From the NCBI GenBank assembly GCA_963668625.2, contig CAXXKA010000006.1:544001-608000 (forward strand): a stretch of DNA of 64,000 nucleotides. Direction: 5' to 3'. This DNA is from an uncultured candidate division Zixibacteria bacterium. Its GTDB lineage: Bacteria; Zixibacteria; MSB-5A5; UBA10806; 4484-95. Below, piece after piece: positions 38,330 through 48,017 of this stretch (position 1 is the first letter of the stretch; each line of letters opens with the position of its first letter). A program made the translations under genes and the position numbers. Below the pieces are notes generated by a model. That model did not search any database. It saw only the letters and a program-made list of their open reading frames with translations, and had not been told where the DNA came from.

Positions 38330-39934
38330 TTAGTATAAATATTCGACATTTACGCCTCGCGCCTCGAGCTGCGGGATATAGGTGTCTTCTGAGATGGTAT
38401 CCAGTGGATTACCTGATAGGCCGACCCAATCGCCACTGCCGAGACCTGAGTTGTTTACCAGTGGCAGAATGTTCGTTATTTGATTCCCAAGTAAGGTAAC
38501 ATTAATCACGCCGGTCATAGTTTCTATAGCGCTTATGTCGACTATGTTGTTGTACTGAAGGCTTAGTTCTGTTACGTTTGTCAAATTAGCTATTGCCGAG
38601 ATATCAGTCAGGGAATCGTCAAATGCATACAAATACTGAAGGTCATACAATGAATCCAGACCGTCGAGACTGGTTATCGGATTGCCGTCAACATGCAGCC
38701 TGCTTAGATTCGACATATTGGCCAGAGGTGTTAAATCAGTTATCAGGTTGTCGCTCATAACTAATTCTGTAATATTAGTCAAGCCACCGATAGGGGATAA
38801 GCTGTTTACCTGATTGTTTTCAATATCCAGTCTTGTTACCCAGGTGCAGGTTGAAAGCCCGGAAATATTGGTGATGGCATTATTTGAAAAATCCCAACTG
38901 GTGACCAGAGTCAGATTATCGAGCGCGGGGATTGAGGCAATCTGATTATCTTTTACACTGATAAATTCTATACTACTGAGGTCCTGAATCGGCGAAATGT
39001 CGGCAATCTGGTTTTCGTACATATAGAAAGTACGTAGCTGAGTCAAGCCGCTAATAGCATCAATGTTACTGATCTGATTATCTTGTATCATTAAAACGGT
39101 CAGGTTGGTCATCTCCTCAACAGCCGCAATACTTGTTATCGTGTTGTGGCCTATATCGAGATAGTCCAGGTTTGCCAGATCGTTAAGAGAAGAGATATCG
39201 CTTATTTGATTTTCTTCTAGCTTGAGCTCGGTCAAAGCGGTCAGCCCGGAAAGCGGGGAGACGCTTGAAATTGAGTTGGTGCTCAGATTAAGGGATTCGA
39301 GATTGAACAAACTATCAAGCGGTGACAGGCTCGTGATATGATTATCATAGATGCTCAATTCTTGCAACGATTCGAAATGTTCCAATCCACCAAGGTCGTA
39401 TATATCGTAGAAATTATCAACGGTAAGTTCGGTGATCGTGTCGACATCCGTGACATAGATAGAATCGTAATAACTCCGACCGTCAATTTGATTGGCCACC
39501 ACTTTCTTGAGATTGGTATCGGCGAACGCCACGTAAGTGCTGTCGAAACTGCGGGTGGAGAATCTCCACATCGTGCCTTCGGTACTATTGCCGTGAATGT
39601 CATGAGGGTCTACCAACCAGTAGTACGTAGTACCGTATTCCAACTGAGTCTGGTAATTAAAGAAAGTGTCTGACATGCTAAAGCGAATATAATGATTCTC
39701 GATTGAGGCCGAATCGGTAGAAAGCGCGAAGTCGTATAGAATATTATCACCATCGGGATCCGAACAGCTCCAATTGAATTGGATCGATAAAAGTTGATTT
39801 GCCGCGCCATCAGCGGGCACAGGGGAGGAGGCCGCGGTCGGCGGATCATTCTCCTCGGATGTATCCGTGCTACTGCTATCACAGTTAATCATCGTTAAGC
39901 ATAAACATAGCAAAAGAGCAATGAAATATTTCAT
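38330..39934 (-). CDS. Internalin-like leucine-rich-repeat lipoprotein
   Basis: Lipoprotein-like signal (TMIN-C), FN3-like segment, about 15 LRRs of 22 aa (L..L.L..N.I.DI..L); ATG 39934 (ORF extends to 39940). Confidence 0.85.
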   Translation of the reverse strand: MKYFIALLLCLCLTMINCDSSSTDTSEENDPPTAASSPVPADGAANQLLSIQFNWSCSDPDGDNILYDFALSTDSASIENHYIRFSMSDTFFNYQTQLEYGTTYYWLVDPHDIHGNSTEGTMWRFSTRSFDSTYVAFADTNLKKVVANQIDGRSYYDSIYVTDVDTITELTVDNFYDIYDLGGLEHFESLQELSIYDNHITSLSPLDSLFNLESLNLSTNSISSVSPLSGLTALTELKLEENQISDISSLNDLANLDYLDIGHNTITSIAAVEEMTNLTVLMIQDNQISNIDAISGLTQLRTFYMYENQIADISPIQDLSSIEFISVKDNQIASIPALDNLTLVTSWDFSNNAITNISGLSTCTWVTRLDIENNQVNSLSPIGGLTNITELVMSDNLITDLTPLANMSNLSRLHVDGNPITSLDGLDSLYDLQYLYAFDDSLTDISAIANLTNVTELSLQYNNIVDISAIETMTGVINVTLLGNQITNILPLVNNSGLGSGDWVGLSGNPLDTISEDTYIPQLEARGVNVEYLY

Positions 39935-40140
39935 TTTCAAAAGTCCTCCTTTTATTGGTGTTACTTAATATTTCGGACAATTGTATAAAAAGTATACCCT
40001 GATTTTCGTAGAATAATGATAAGTATTCTTGATCTGAGGGGATTCAATCGAGGTTTAGTATTCTTAGTCTAGCTAAAACACTAAATCTGACTGCTAGTAT
40101 AGCTGCCTGCTGACATATGAAGGTTTTATATTTTAGTGTA

Positions 40141-40218
40141 TTCAGGCTGCCAGATTTCCCAAACTTTGCCTACCAGATCTGGGCCCTGGTTTTCCGGGCT
40201 CGCCGCCGCGAGGCAGGA
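40141..40218 (-). pseudogene. Frameshifted 3' fragment of a peroxiredoxin paralog
   Basis: Encodes C...EPGKP then GPDLVGKVWEIWQPE, versus [29 protein letters not shown] of the intact gene; downstream non-coding 40094-40116 matches 42170-42192. Confidence 0.75.
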
Positions 40219-40272
40219 TGAAACCGGAGGGACATCTTGATACTGTGAAACAACCTGTGACTATCACAAGTA

Positions 40273-41931
40273 TTACAAAAACATCAGCACAATAATCTGA
40301 GCTAAAAATACTCGAAGGAACATCACCAGCGGGTACACAGTGGCGTATGCGGTCGATTGTGCCTGTACCGGGGCGATGGAATTGGAATACTCCAGAGCCG
40401 GGGGATCGGTCATGGAACCGGCTAAAAGCCCGCATATCGATAGATAGTTTAGATTAATCATTCTCGCTATTATCCCTATAATGATAAGTGGTAAAAACGT
40501 TATGATTGCTCCGTAAAACATCCAGATATAGCCGCCCGTAGCGATAGTATGAACGAAATCTTTTCCCGAGGATAAGCCAACACATGCCAAAAACAGGGTG
40601 ATCCCGAGTTCCCTGATAAACAGATTTGCGCCGGGAGTCATGTAAAAATCTATCTTGCCAATTCGTCCTTTATACCCCAGGAACAAGGCGACTAAAAGCG
40701 GTCCACCGGCCAGCCCAAGCCTGGCGGGAGCCGGAAACCACGGAATTTCGATAGGGATATTGCCTATTATCACGCCTGCCATTATACCGATCAAGATAGG
40801 CAGTATATTGGGATGCGACAGTTCGGCCATAGAGTTACCCAGAAGTTTAGCAACTGCAGTTAATGATTTTCTTTCTCCTACTATACGCACGGTATCGCCG
40901 AATTCGATACTGTCGCTATCATGAGGCATAATTTCCAACCCGGCGCGGAATATCCGGGTGATATTAGCCGGGAATCGCCGCGATATACCGATCTCTTTAA
41001 TCGATTTCCCAGCCAACTCCTTATTCGTTATAATTACGTGTCTCATTCCCAGTCTGCCGGTAATTTCCAGATCACCGGTTTTACTCACCGGTCCGACTTT
41101 TATCTCCAGTTCCGATAAATGTGCCTCCGATGATACTCCGTAAAGTATATCTCCCTGTTTAATCGGTGATTGTTCATCAGGTATACAAAATTCACCGTCC
41201 CGGAATATTCGCGCCAGTACGAATTCACCATCCAGAGCCGTTTTTATAAATGATACCGGTTTACCGAAAAGCGCCGGATTGGCCACTTTCGCGTTAACAG
41301 CATTTAACTTGCCGGTAATTCCTGAGAGTTCATTGATAAACTTTTCGGTTTCTTTATTGATGGATATACGGTAAATCCATCGCAAGATCAGCATTGCCAG
41401 AATTATCCCCAGAATACCGAACGGATATGCTACGGCATAACCCATACCGGTAAGCTGTGTCGCTTGTGCCGGGTTGGCTATTTGTTCGGTGAGTATTTGC
41501 TGTGTCGCGCCGAGGCTGGGAGTATTGGTTACCGCACCGCACATGATACCGGCGATAGCGGCAACCGGCACATTCTGAACTATTTTTATGACAATGGCGA
41601 TTATAAATCCAAGCAGCACGATACCTGAAGCCAGCAAGTTTATCTTAAGGCCGTTTTTCCTCAACGAGGATAAAAATCTGGGGCCTATTTCCAGGCCGAT
41701 CGAATACACGAACAGTATTAGTCCGAACTCCCTGATAAAGAATAGTAATTCATAGTTGGCGCTTAAGCCGAAATGACCTGCTATCAAGCCGGTAAAAAGT
41801 ACTCCTGCTATACCGAGCTTTATTTTGAATATCTTTATTTGCCCTATTATTACACCGGTGATACCGATTAATCCCAGAAACATGAGAGTGGAGGCGGTTG
41901 AGGTTTGAGTGAATAACTTTAATACTTCCAT
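40273..41931 (-). CDS. YidE/AspT (AAE) family transporter with TrkA-C domains
   Basis: Duplicated GAVTNTPSLG / GSMTDPPAL and YAVAYP / YATVYP motifs around a soluble region. Confidence 0.9.
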   Translation of the reverse strand: MEVLKLFTQTSTASTLMFLGLIGITGVIIGQIKIFKIKLGIAGVLFTGLIAGHFGLSANYELLFFIREFGLILFVYSIGLEIGPRFLSSLRKNGLKINLLASGIVLLGFIIAIVIKIVQNVPVAAIAGIMCGAVTNTPSLGATQQILTEQIANPAQATQLTGMGYAVAYPFGILGIILAMLILRWIYRISINKETEKFINELSGITGKLNAVNAKVANPALFGKPVSFIKTALDGEFVLARIFRDGEFCIPDEQSPIKQGDILYGVSSEAHLSELEIKVGPVSKTGDLEITGRLGMRHVIITNKELAGKSIKEIGISRRFPANITRIFRAGLEIMPHDSDSIEFGDTVRIVGERKSLTAVAKLLGNSMAELSHPNILPILIGIMAGVIIGNIPIEIPWFPAPARLGLAGGPLLVALFLGYKGRIGKIDFYMTPGANLFIRELGITLFLACVGLSSGKDFVHTIATGGYIWMFYGAIITFLPLIIIGIIARMINLNYLSICGLLAGSMTDPPALEYSNSIAPVQAQSTAYATVYPLVMFLRVFLAQIIVLMFL

Positions 41932-42213
41932 TGCTACCTTTTTATTCTCGAAACGGTTAATTTAACCATTTTATTGATTATCTTTTCTATTTTCGGGCGG
42001 TAGATAATATTATGTTATTCTAAAAGCAAGCTTATTGTCGGATTTTATATATATATCGATACAATACAGTCGAATGGTAAATATATTGGTAATGGATTGG
42101 ATACTTATAAAAAAAAGTGTAGTGTTCGCCAGACTGATGACCAATAGAGTTAAAAGTCTGAGCCGACAACTAGTATAGCTGCCGGCTGATATTTAATGGT
42201 TTAATACTTATAT

Positions 42214-42924
42214 TTATTCCGGCTTCCAGACCTCCCATACTTTTCCTACCAGGTGCGGTCCGGGTTTTAGGGTAGGTTTACCCGGTTCCCATTCGGCGGG
42301 GCAAGCCTCGGCGCCTTTGGTTTTACGAACATGCTGGAATGCCTGTATTTGTCTTATTGTTTCGCTTATCTTTCTGCCAACCGGGGGAGTCATGATCTCC
42401 GCCGCCTGAATTACGCCATCGGGATCGATTATAAACCGTCCCCTTATATTTACGCCGTTTATTTCATCATAAACACCATACACTTTGCCAAGATTACCGG
42501 CGCCATCGGCAATCATAGGCCAGGGAATGCCGTCTTTTGTCATTTTCTTCAGCTCTTCCTCTTCCCAGACTTTATGGCTGAAGATACTGTCAGTTGATAC
42601 GGAAAGAACCTCTACACCCAGTTTTTGAAGTTGATCGAATTTACCGGCGACCGCCGATAATTCTGTCGGTCAGACGAAAGTGAAATCACCTGGGTAGAAA
42701 CAGAGTAAAACCCATTTACCCAGATGCTCTGAGAGTTTGACACTGGTAAATTGGCCTTTGTGATAGGCCGGCGCCTCGAAATCGGGCGCCTGTCCGCCGA
42801 CTCTTGCTTTTTCCATGGATACCTCGCTTGTTTGATTTTCATCTTTTTGCGAATTCCCTTTATCGGGCGATCCGCCAAGTACTTTTCCCGTAGGTTTAGC
42901 GCATCCTACTGGCTCATCCGCCAT
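42214..42924 (-). CDS. prxU: Selenocysteine peroxiredoxin (AhpC/Prx1 type), 236 aa, Sec85
   Basis: ORFs 42670-42924 and 42214-42543 are one frame: [40 protein letters not shown]; TGA (42670-42672) is at the peroxidatic Cys position; resolving ACPAEW present; GGAGG SD. Confidence 0.93.
42637..42663 (-). promoter_or_regulatory. Bacterial SECIS hairpin
   Basis: mRNA-sense TTATCGGC-GGTC-GCCGGTAA, extendable by GAAT/ATTC; loop starts 18 nt after UGA. Confidence 0.82.
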
Positions 42925-43189
42925 GTTTACCTCCTTATTCGGCAGATTTACGTTATGTCAGGGATTTCCGAAGAAATCCTTTATAACGGTATGAGTATAA
43001 TTTAAATGTCCGCTTATTTCAATATTGAGAATATTTAAGTTATTCTTTGGTCAATGAGCATTGAGCGGAAAAGCGAATTACTCGATGTTCACCGTTCTCA
43101 CGATCGAATGGGGGAGACTCGATTAAGGCAACCGCACTGGTCATTTAGGGAATTTATCGATATAATATAAAATATCTTAATTATTCAAC

Positions 43190-43226
43190 TTGACGGGGCT
43201 TGTGTCGAATATTATATTAGCCGCCG
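43190..43226 (+). promoter_or_regulatory. Stable-RNA-type promoter
   Basis: TTGACG-N17-TATATT followed by GC-rich discriminator GCCGCCG. Confidence 0.55.
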
Positions 43227-43300
43227 TTGTAATATTTGATCTTTAATAAGAAAATACGTTGGTTTGGTGTTTGATACATTCCAAATCCGGAACGATTTTG

Positions 43301-43373
43301 GCCGGAGTAGCTCAGATGGTAGAGCAGCTGATTTGTAATCAGCCGGTCGGGGGTTCGAGTCCCTTCTCCGGCT
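43301..43373 (+). tRNA. tRNA-Thr(TGT)
   Basis: Cloverleaf GCCGGAG..CTCCGGC, anticodon arm GCTGA-TTTGTAA-TCAGC, GTTCGA T-loop; CCA not encoded. Confidence 0.95.
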
Positions 43374-43445
43374 TTGGATTGTATTTTAGGGTGACCGGAA
43401 GATTTACCGCCTATTCAACTCTAACATCAACAACCCCAAGATAAT

Positions 43446-43527
43446 GGAGGGGTTCCCGAGTGGCCAAAGGGAACAGACTGTAAATCTGTCGGCTCAGCCT
43501 TCGGAGGTTCGAATCCTCCCCCCTCCA
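43446..43527 (+). tRNA. tRNA-Tyr(GTA)
   Basis: GGAGGGG..CCCCTCC acceptor stem, ACAGA-CTGTAAA-TCTGT anticodon arm, long variable arm, GTTCGAATC. Confidence 0.95.
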
Positions 43528-43759
43528 TGTTTTTTATGTCTTAAATCCAGATAGAATCAGAATATTTCGATATCAATATAGAGTGGATGTAATAGCGCTT
43601 ATTTTATCTACTTAAGCTATCCATTGATTCTTACTGCATATAGGAGGAAAAAATCGCTTGTTATTTTCAGGAAAAATCATATATTTATAACGAATGGTGC
43701 AGTACACTTTTACCTCTAGGAGTGTTTGAGAATAAAATAAAGAGTTATTTGGAGGAGTT

Positions 43760-44596
43760 ATGCCGCGGCTATTTATCATATTGACAGTTATAGTTGTATT
43801 TGCTTTATCCTCGTTTGCTCAGGATCCCGGAGTACCCGACAGTGTTATCATCGGTACGGTTGCTATCGAGCCCGGTGTGCCCTCCGTGATGTTGCCGATC
43901 TATGTTGTCAATGATGAGCCTGTAGAGCAATTCGTACTACCGTTCGAGTGGGAGTCCTCCGATGGTAATATACATCCCGCCAGAGCTTTTTATTTTAACA
44001 CACTTCTTCAATGGGATGAGACATTCGATACTTTAAACACGAACACGAATCATATTATCCTGACCGGCACCAACGATACCGGTGAGGATACTAACCCGAC
44101 TTTAAACACGGGGCTTGAACGCGAACTGGTCGCGCTAATCAGGATCGTGATTGACGAGGAGGCTATCGAGCAGGTAATGGAAATGCGTATGACTTTCGAT
44201 GGCGATTACGGCCAGCCCTCATTTTATTATAATGGCATGGATAACCTGATGCCGGTGGTTAGCTCCGGAGCAGTCATATATCAGCATGTCGGGATCGAGA
44301 GTCAGGTTGAATTGCCCAACGATTACAATCTTTCTCAGAATTACCCCAACCCGTTCAATATGCACACCGAGATCGCATTCACCGTTCCCCAGGCGGGGGA
44401 TATAAGCCTGGAGATTTACGATATACTTGGCAGGAAAATCAGAACGCTGGTTTCGGCCAACTACGCGGCGGGATTTTATTCGGCCACCTGGGATGGTTGT
44501 GAGGATTCGGGGGAGACTGTCTCCTCGGGTATGTATTTCTACAAGCTGAAATCAGCCGACAGCGAGATTGTCAAGAAGATGACGTTGGTGAAGTAA
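43760..44596 (+). CDS. Secreted protein with cohesin-like domain and T9SS-type C-terminal domain
   Basis: Signal peptide, QDPGVPDSV start, beta-sandwich pattern, QNYPNPFN tail. Confidence 0.7.
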   Translation: MPRLFIILTVIVVFALSSFAQDPGVPDSVIIGTVAIEPGVPSVMLPIYVVNDEPVEQFVLPFEWESSDGNIHPARAFYFNTLLQWDETFDTLNTNTNHIILTGTNDTGEDTNPTLNTGLERELVALIRIVIDEEAIEQVMEMRMTFDGDYGQPSFYYNGMDNLMPVVSSGAVIYQHVGIESQVELPNDYNLSQNYPNPFNMHTEIAFTVPQAGDISLEIYDILGRKIRTLVSANYAAGFYSATWDGCEDSGETVSSGMYFYKLKSADSEIVKKMTLVK

Positions 44597-44652
44597 GTAA
44601 TTAAATTCACTTAAAGAAGATTATTAACCGGTGCTCTCAGCATCGGTTTTTT

Positions 44653-45399
44653 TTACGTCGCAAAAGCCGCCATTACATCCTGCAAAATATGCGCTACTAT
44701 GCAGGGGATAAGCGAGCCGCGAGCATAAAATAGAAGCGAGAACATTCCGCCATAAATTGCTATTAGAATCACTCCGGACCATCCCTGGTAAAGATGACCT
44801 ATACCGAAACATAGCGAGCCTAATATCACACCCGGCCAGATCGAGCCGGTCAGTATCTCCATCCGGGTTAGTACGAATCCGCGGAATGCCAGTTCCTCGG
44901 CCACGCCGGCGCTGATCGATAGGATTATCCAGAACACTTTCTCGGGGCCTGTTCGGGGTAGAAGATAGCTGATATCCTCGGTGCTGAAAATATCGTAGCT
45001 GCCGAGTATGTTGGATAGAAAATTCAAAACGATTATCGCCGAAAATAAAAATATCACCCCGATAGCGAAATTCTTCCAGTGCAAATCAGCTTTTCTTATA
45101 CCTATGCCGGCCAGGTTTTCTCGTCTGTTCCATTGTATACCATCCTGTTTTAACGGCGCATAAAATAAAGCTAGCAGGATGGATAGTAATATTACCATCT
45201 GAAATGCCAGGCCGGGCAGATAGATTTGGACGATTCGAGACACTATCTCGACCTCGCCGGGCGGATTGATATAGTTCATTATCAGAGTCAGCAATGGGTA
45301 GCCGATCATGATTAGAAGCAGTAATATTTTCTGTGGTTTTGGAATGTATATTTTTCCGGGCGCTAATTCACCGGAGATATCATTTTCGTTTTCTCTCAT
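44653..45399 (-). CDS. CPBP/Abi-family intramembrane glutamic protease
   Basis: EELAFRG, FGIGHLYQG and AHILQD motifs; multiple TM helices. Confidence 0.9.
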   Translation of the reverse strand: MRENENDISGELAPGKIYIPKPQKILLLLIMIGYPLLTLIMNYINPPGEVEIVSRIVQIYLPGLAFQMVILLSILLALFYAPLKQDGIQWNRRENLAGIGIRKADLHWKNFAIGVIFLFSAIIVLNFLSNILGSYDIFSTEDISYLLPRTGPEKVFWIILSISAGVAEELAFRGFVLTRMEILTGSIWPGVILGSLCFGIGHLYQGWSGVILIAIYGGMFSLLFYARGSLIPCIVAHILQDVMAAFAT

Positions 45400-45473
45400 G
45401 ATTAAATTTACTTTATCAAAGGAGTAATAACAACGAGGAAATAATAAAACCTATTGCACAAAACTATGCTTAT

Positions 45474-47798
45474 TTACTCGAACATCATTTTGATTTGTTG
45501 CCATTCAGGATCGTTACGAAGTTCGTTTTGAGTCGTGATATCGGCGCTTTTCTTGAATTTATCGTAATATTTCTTGGTATTCTTTTTATCATCCAGCTTG
45601 TTATAAGATTTAGCGATAAAGGCATACGGTTTAGCATCGGCGAAATTCAGTTCCTGTAACTGCTGATAAGCATCAATAGCGCTGGAGTAGTTACCGGCTT
45701 TATAGTAGGCCTCGCCCAGCTTATAGTATCCGTTCAGATGGCGGCGGTCGACCTCGACGACTTTATTGAAATCCTGGGCGGCCCGAAAATACTGCCCCTG
45801 GCTCAAGAAGATGATCCCGCGTTTGTAGCGCGCGGTTAAGTAGTTGGGATTGATCCCCAGTACGCCATCAAGAGCCTCGAGCAAAGTTTCGGTGTCGTTC
45901 CTGTCGTTGGCTATTTTTATGCCATCCAGAAATCCGGCCAGGGCATTGTCATTTTGCCCGATAGCTTTAAGACATCTGGCACGACCCAGAACCGCCTCGA
46001 TGTTGTTTTTATTCGAGGAAACTAGTTTCTTGTAAATTTTAAGAGCCTCGGAGTATTTACCCTGTTCTTCGAGATCAGCAGCGGTTTCATCCTCTGTTTT
46101 CTCCTCGACTTTCTGTTTTTTCCCTCTTTTGGCTAACTCTATTTTATAAGGTTTTATTTGATCCTCGGGGATCCTGACGGTAATCGATTTATTACTGTAG
46201 CCATCATGCTTTACCGTAACGCGATGCCTTCCCGCCGACACTCTGAATGTCTGGGTTCCCTGTCCGAGGTATTTACCATCGAGATAAACTTTCGATTTAG
46301 AGGGGGAGAGGTTCAGTTTCATGAATCCTGGTTTTAGCTCACGGGGAGTTTCCGCGACGGAAATATCACGGGTCGTACGATTGTTGCTGGAGATCACGGG
46401 CGTCTCGTTTTCTGGAAGAGATAATGTCAGTGTACTGGTTTTACCCTCGAGCACCGTCATTCTCTCGGCAACCACTCCTATACCGTCCTCCAGGTATTCG
46501 ATAGTATAGTTTCCGGGAGCGATATTTTCGAAGACGAAAAAGCCGGCGTAACTGGTCTCGACGGTTTTATCCAACTCTTTTATGGATACGATAGCCTTAG
46601 GTACCGCCGAACCGGTATTCGGATCAACAAGTATTCCGGCAATCTGGCCGTCATCCACGGGTATGAAACTGGCTGCTATTAAGATAACAAGAATAGCTAT
46701 TACGCCGATGGCGCTGAAAATCGCTACCCTGGGGATTTTAGAAAATGTCGATTTAATCAACGATTCGGGTTTCTCGCGTATCTCGAATGCTTTATCCTCG
46801 ATTATGATTTGCTGACCTGTTTTGGGCTTGAAACCACCGGTGAAACTGACATTATTACCATTTAAATAGGCGATTCCCGCGGTAAAAGTTGGCGAGGGGG
46901 ATTGCTTAACTCTTTCGAGCAATTCTTTATCGAGCTCTGGTTGTTTTTTTTCAGTTTGAATTTCATCCATAAGCCCGTTCTGGTTTGTCGTGAAATCCTC
47001 AGGCTCTTTGTCGATGTCCTCGATACTCATAGGGGCGCCGCTCATTCCGGTTCTGTGGGTGGCTTTCTGGCTAATAGTTTCCTCCGGTTGATCGTTTTCA
47101 GGCCGGCTCGTTTCGGGCATCGGAGGGTGCGCCAATTGAGGATTAATTATAATCTTCTTGGTCAGAGGAGAATCCTCGTTGAATTCATCCTGTTCCTCGA
47201 TCGGTTTCACGGCGTTTTCCTGGGGAAGAATTTCCGGCATGGTGGAGAAATCGGAATCATCGGCAATATTAATCTCAGGTCCGTTCTCCGTTTGCTCCAT
47301 AGTTATGCGGATTTCCTCATCCTGACCGAGCAGGGGATCGGTATCTATGCTATCATCGCCGAAATCAACCTCATCGTCCTGATTATCCTTGAAATATTTT
47401 TCCTCGCTGAAAGTACCTTTCGGTTGCTCATCGGGAGTTACCAGGCCAGGAACGGAGTCGCTATCGAAATTCACCTCTTTGATTTCAAAATCAGGGTCAC
47501 TGTCACGCGTTTCCTGTTCTAAAATATCATCGTTTAATGCCTGAATATTTTCAGTCGGAAATGATTCCTCAGTTGCAGCCGGCTTTTTCCTGGTTTCAAG
47601 CATGATATTGCTATCATGTCGCCTGGCAGTACGAGGTTGACTTCGTGTGGATGCCTGATCACTGTTGCTATTTTGCCCCTGTGAGCTTTTCTGATTATCG
47701 CTCACTTGTGGCTCTTCATCTAAAGGAGCCAGACAGAATTTACAGTATCCGGTATCATTGTTCTCATTACCGGCACCGCATTTATTACAAATCGCCAA
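45474..47798 (-). CDS. Bitopic protein: zinc ribbon, acidic linker, TM, carboxypeptidase-regulatory-like, PEGA and TPR domains
   Basis: CNKC..CKFC, long D/E-rich region, one TM, GILVD..TG..VP, VYLDGKYLG, C-terminal TPRs; TTG start. Confidence 0.75.
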   Translation of the reverse strand: MAICNKCGAGNENNDTGYCKFCLAPLDEEPQVSDNQKSSQGQNSNSDQASTRSQPRTARRHDSNIMLETRKKPAATEESFPTENIQALNDDILEQETRDSDPDFEIKEVNFDSDSVPGLVTPDEQPKGTFSEEKYFKDNQDDEVDFGDDSIDTDPLLGQDEEIRITMEQTENGPEINIADDSDFSTMPEILPQENAVKPIEEQDEFNEDSPLTKKIIINPQLAHPPMPETSRPENDQPEETISQKATHRTGMSGAPMSIEDIDKEPEDFTTNQNGLMDEIQTEKKQPELDKELLERVKQSPSPTFTAGIAYLNGNNVSFTGGFKPKTGQQIIIEDKAFEIREKPESLIKSTFSKIPRVAIFSAIGVIAILVILIAASFIPVDDGQIAGILVDPNTGSAVPKAIVSIKELDKTVETSYAGFFVFENIAPGNYTIEYLEDGIGVVAERMTVLEGKTSTLTLSLPENETPVISSNNRTTRDISVAETPRELKPGFMKLNLSPSKSKVYLDGKYLGQGTQTFRVSAGRHRVTVKHDGYSNKSITVRIPEDQIKPYKIELAKRGKKQKVEEKTEDETAADLEEQGKYSEALKIYKKLVSSNKNNIEAVLGRARCLKAIGQNDNALAGFLDGIKIANDRNDTETLLEALDGVLGINPNYLTARYKRGIIFLSQGQYFRAAQDFNKVVEVDRRHLNGYYKLGEAYYKAGNYSSAIDAYQQLQELNFADAKPYAFIAKSYNKLDDKKNTKKYYDKFKKSADITTQNELRNDPEWQQIKMMFE

Positions 47799-48017
47799 AA
47801 TTTCCCCCTAAGTTTATTTAACTTTAAAGCAAGGGTTACGATACGATTATCGTCAATATTAATAACCTCTTTATTTATTAACACAGTTTAAGGCGTTGCG
47901 AATGGGAATGATTACGGATTTTCGATACAATTACTCAGGCGACATTATCATCAGTATGTAAAGTAAACCTTGACAGAAGGTGGAAAATTAGTATCATTAT
48001 AATGGGAGTAGAAACAA

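Noticed and set aside
16495-42672. UGA reassigned to Trp/Gly, or nonsense pseudogenes, as the explanation of the two in-frame TGAs
   Set aside because: Many genes here end properly in TGA (e.g. 2018-2020, purL) and Trp is TGG; both TGAs sit at catalytic Cys positions with SECIS-like hairpins
43259-43444. 61-aa ORF
   Set aside because: It overlaps tRNA-Thr
44653-45399. Abortive-infection defence gene
   Set aside because: CPBP/Abi proteases are general membrane proteases and there is no defence context
46902-47522. Long antisense ORFs (also 3871-4461, 13032-13571, 27586-28191, 57709-58302)
   Set aside because: Shadows of well-supported genes on the opposite strand, with no SD or motifs
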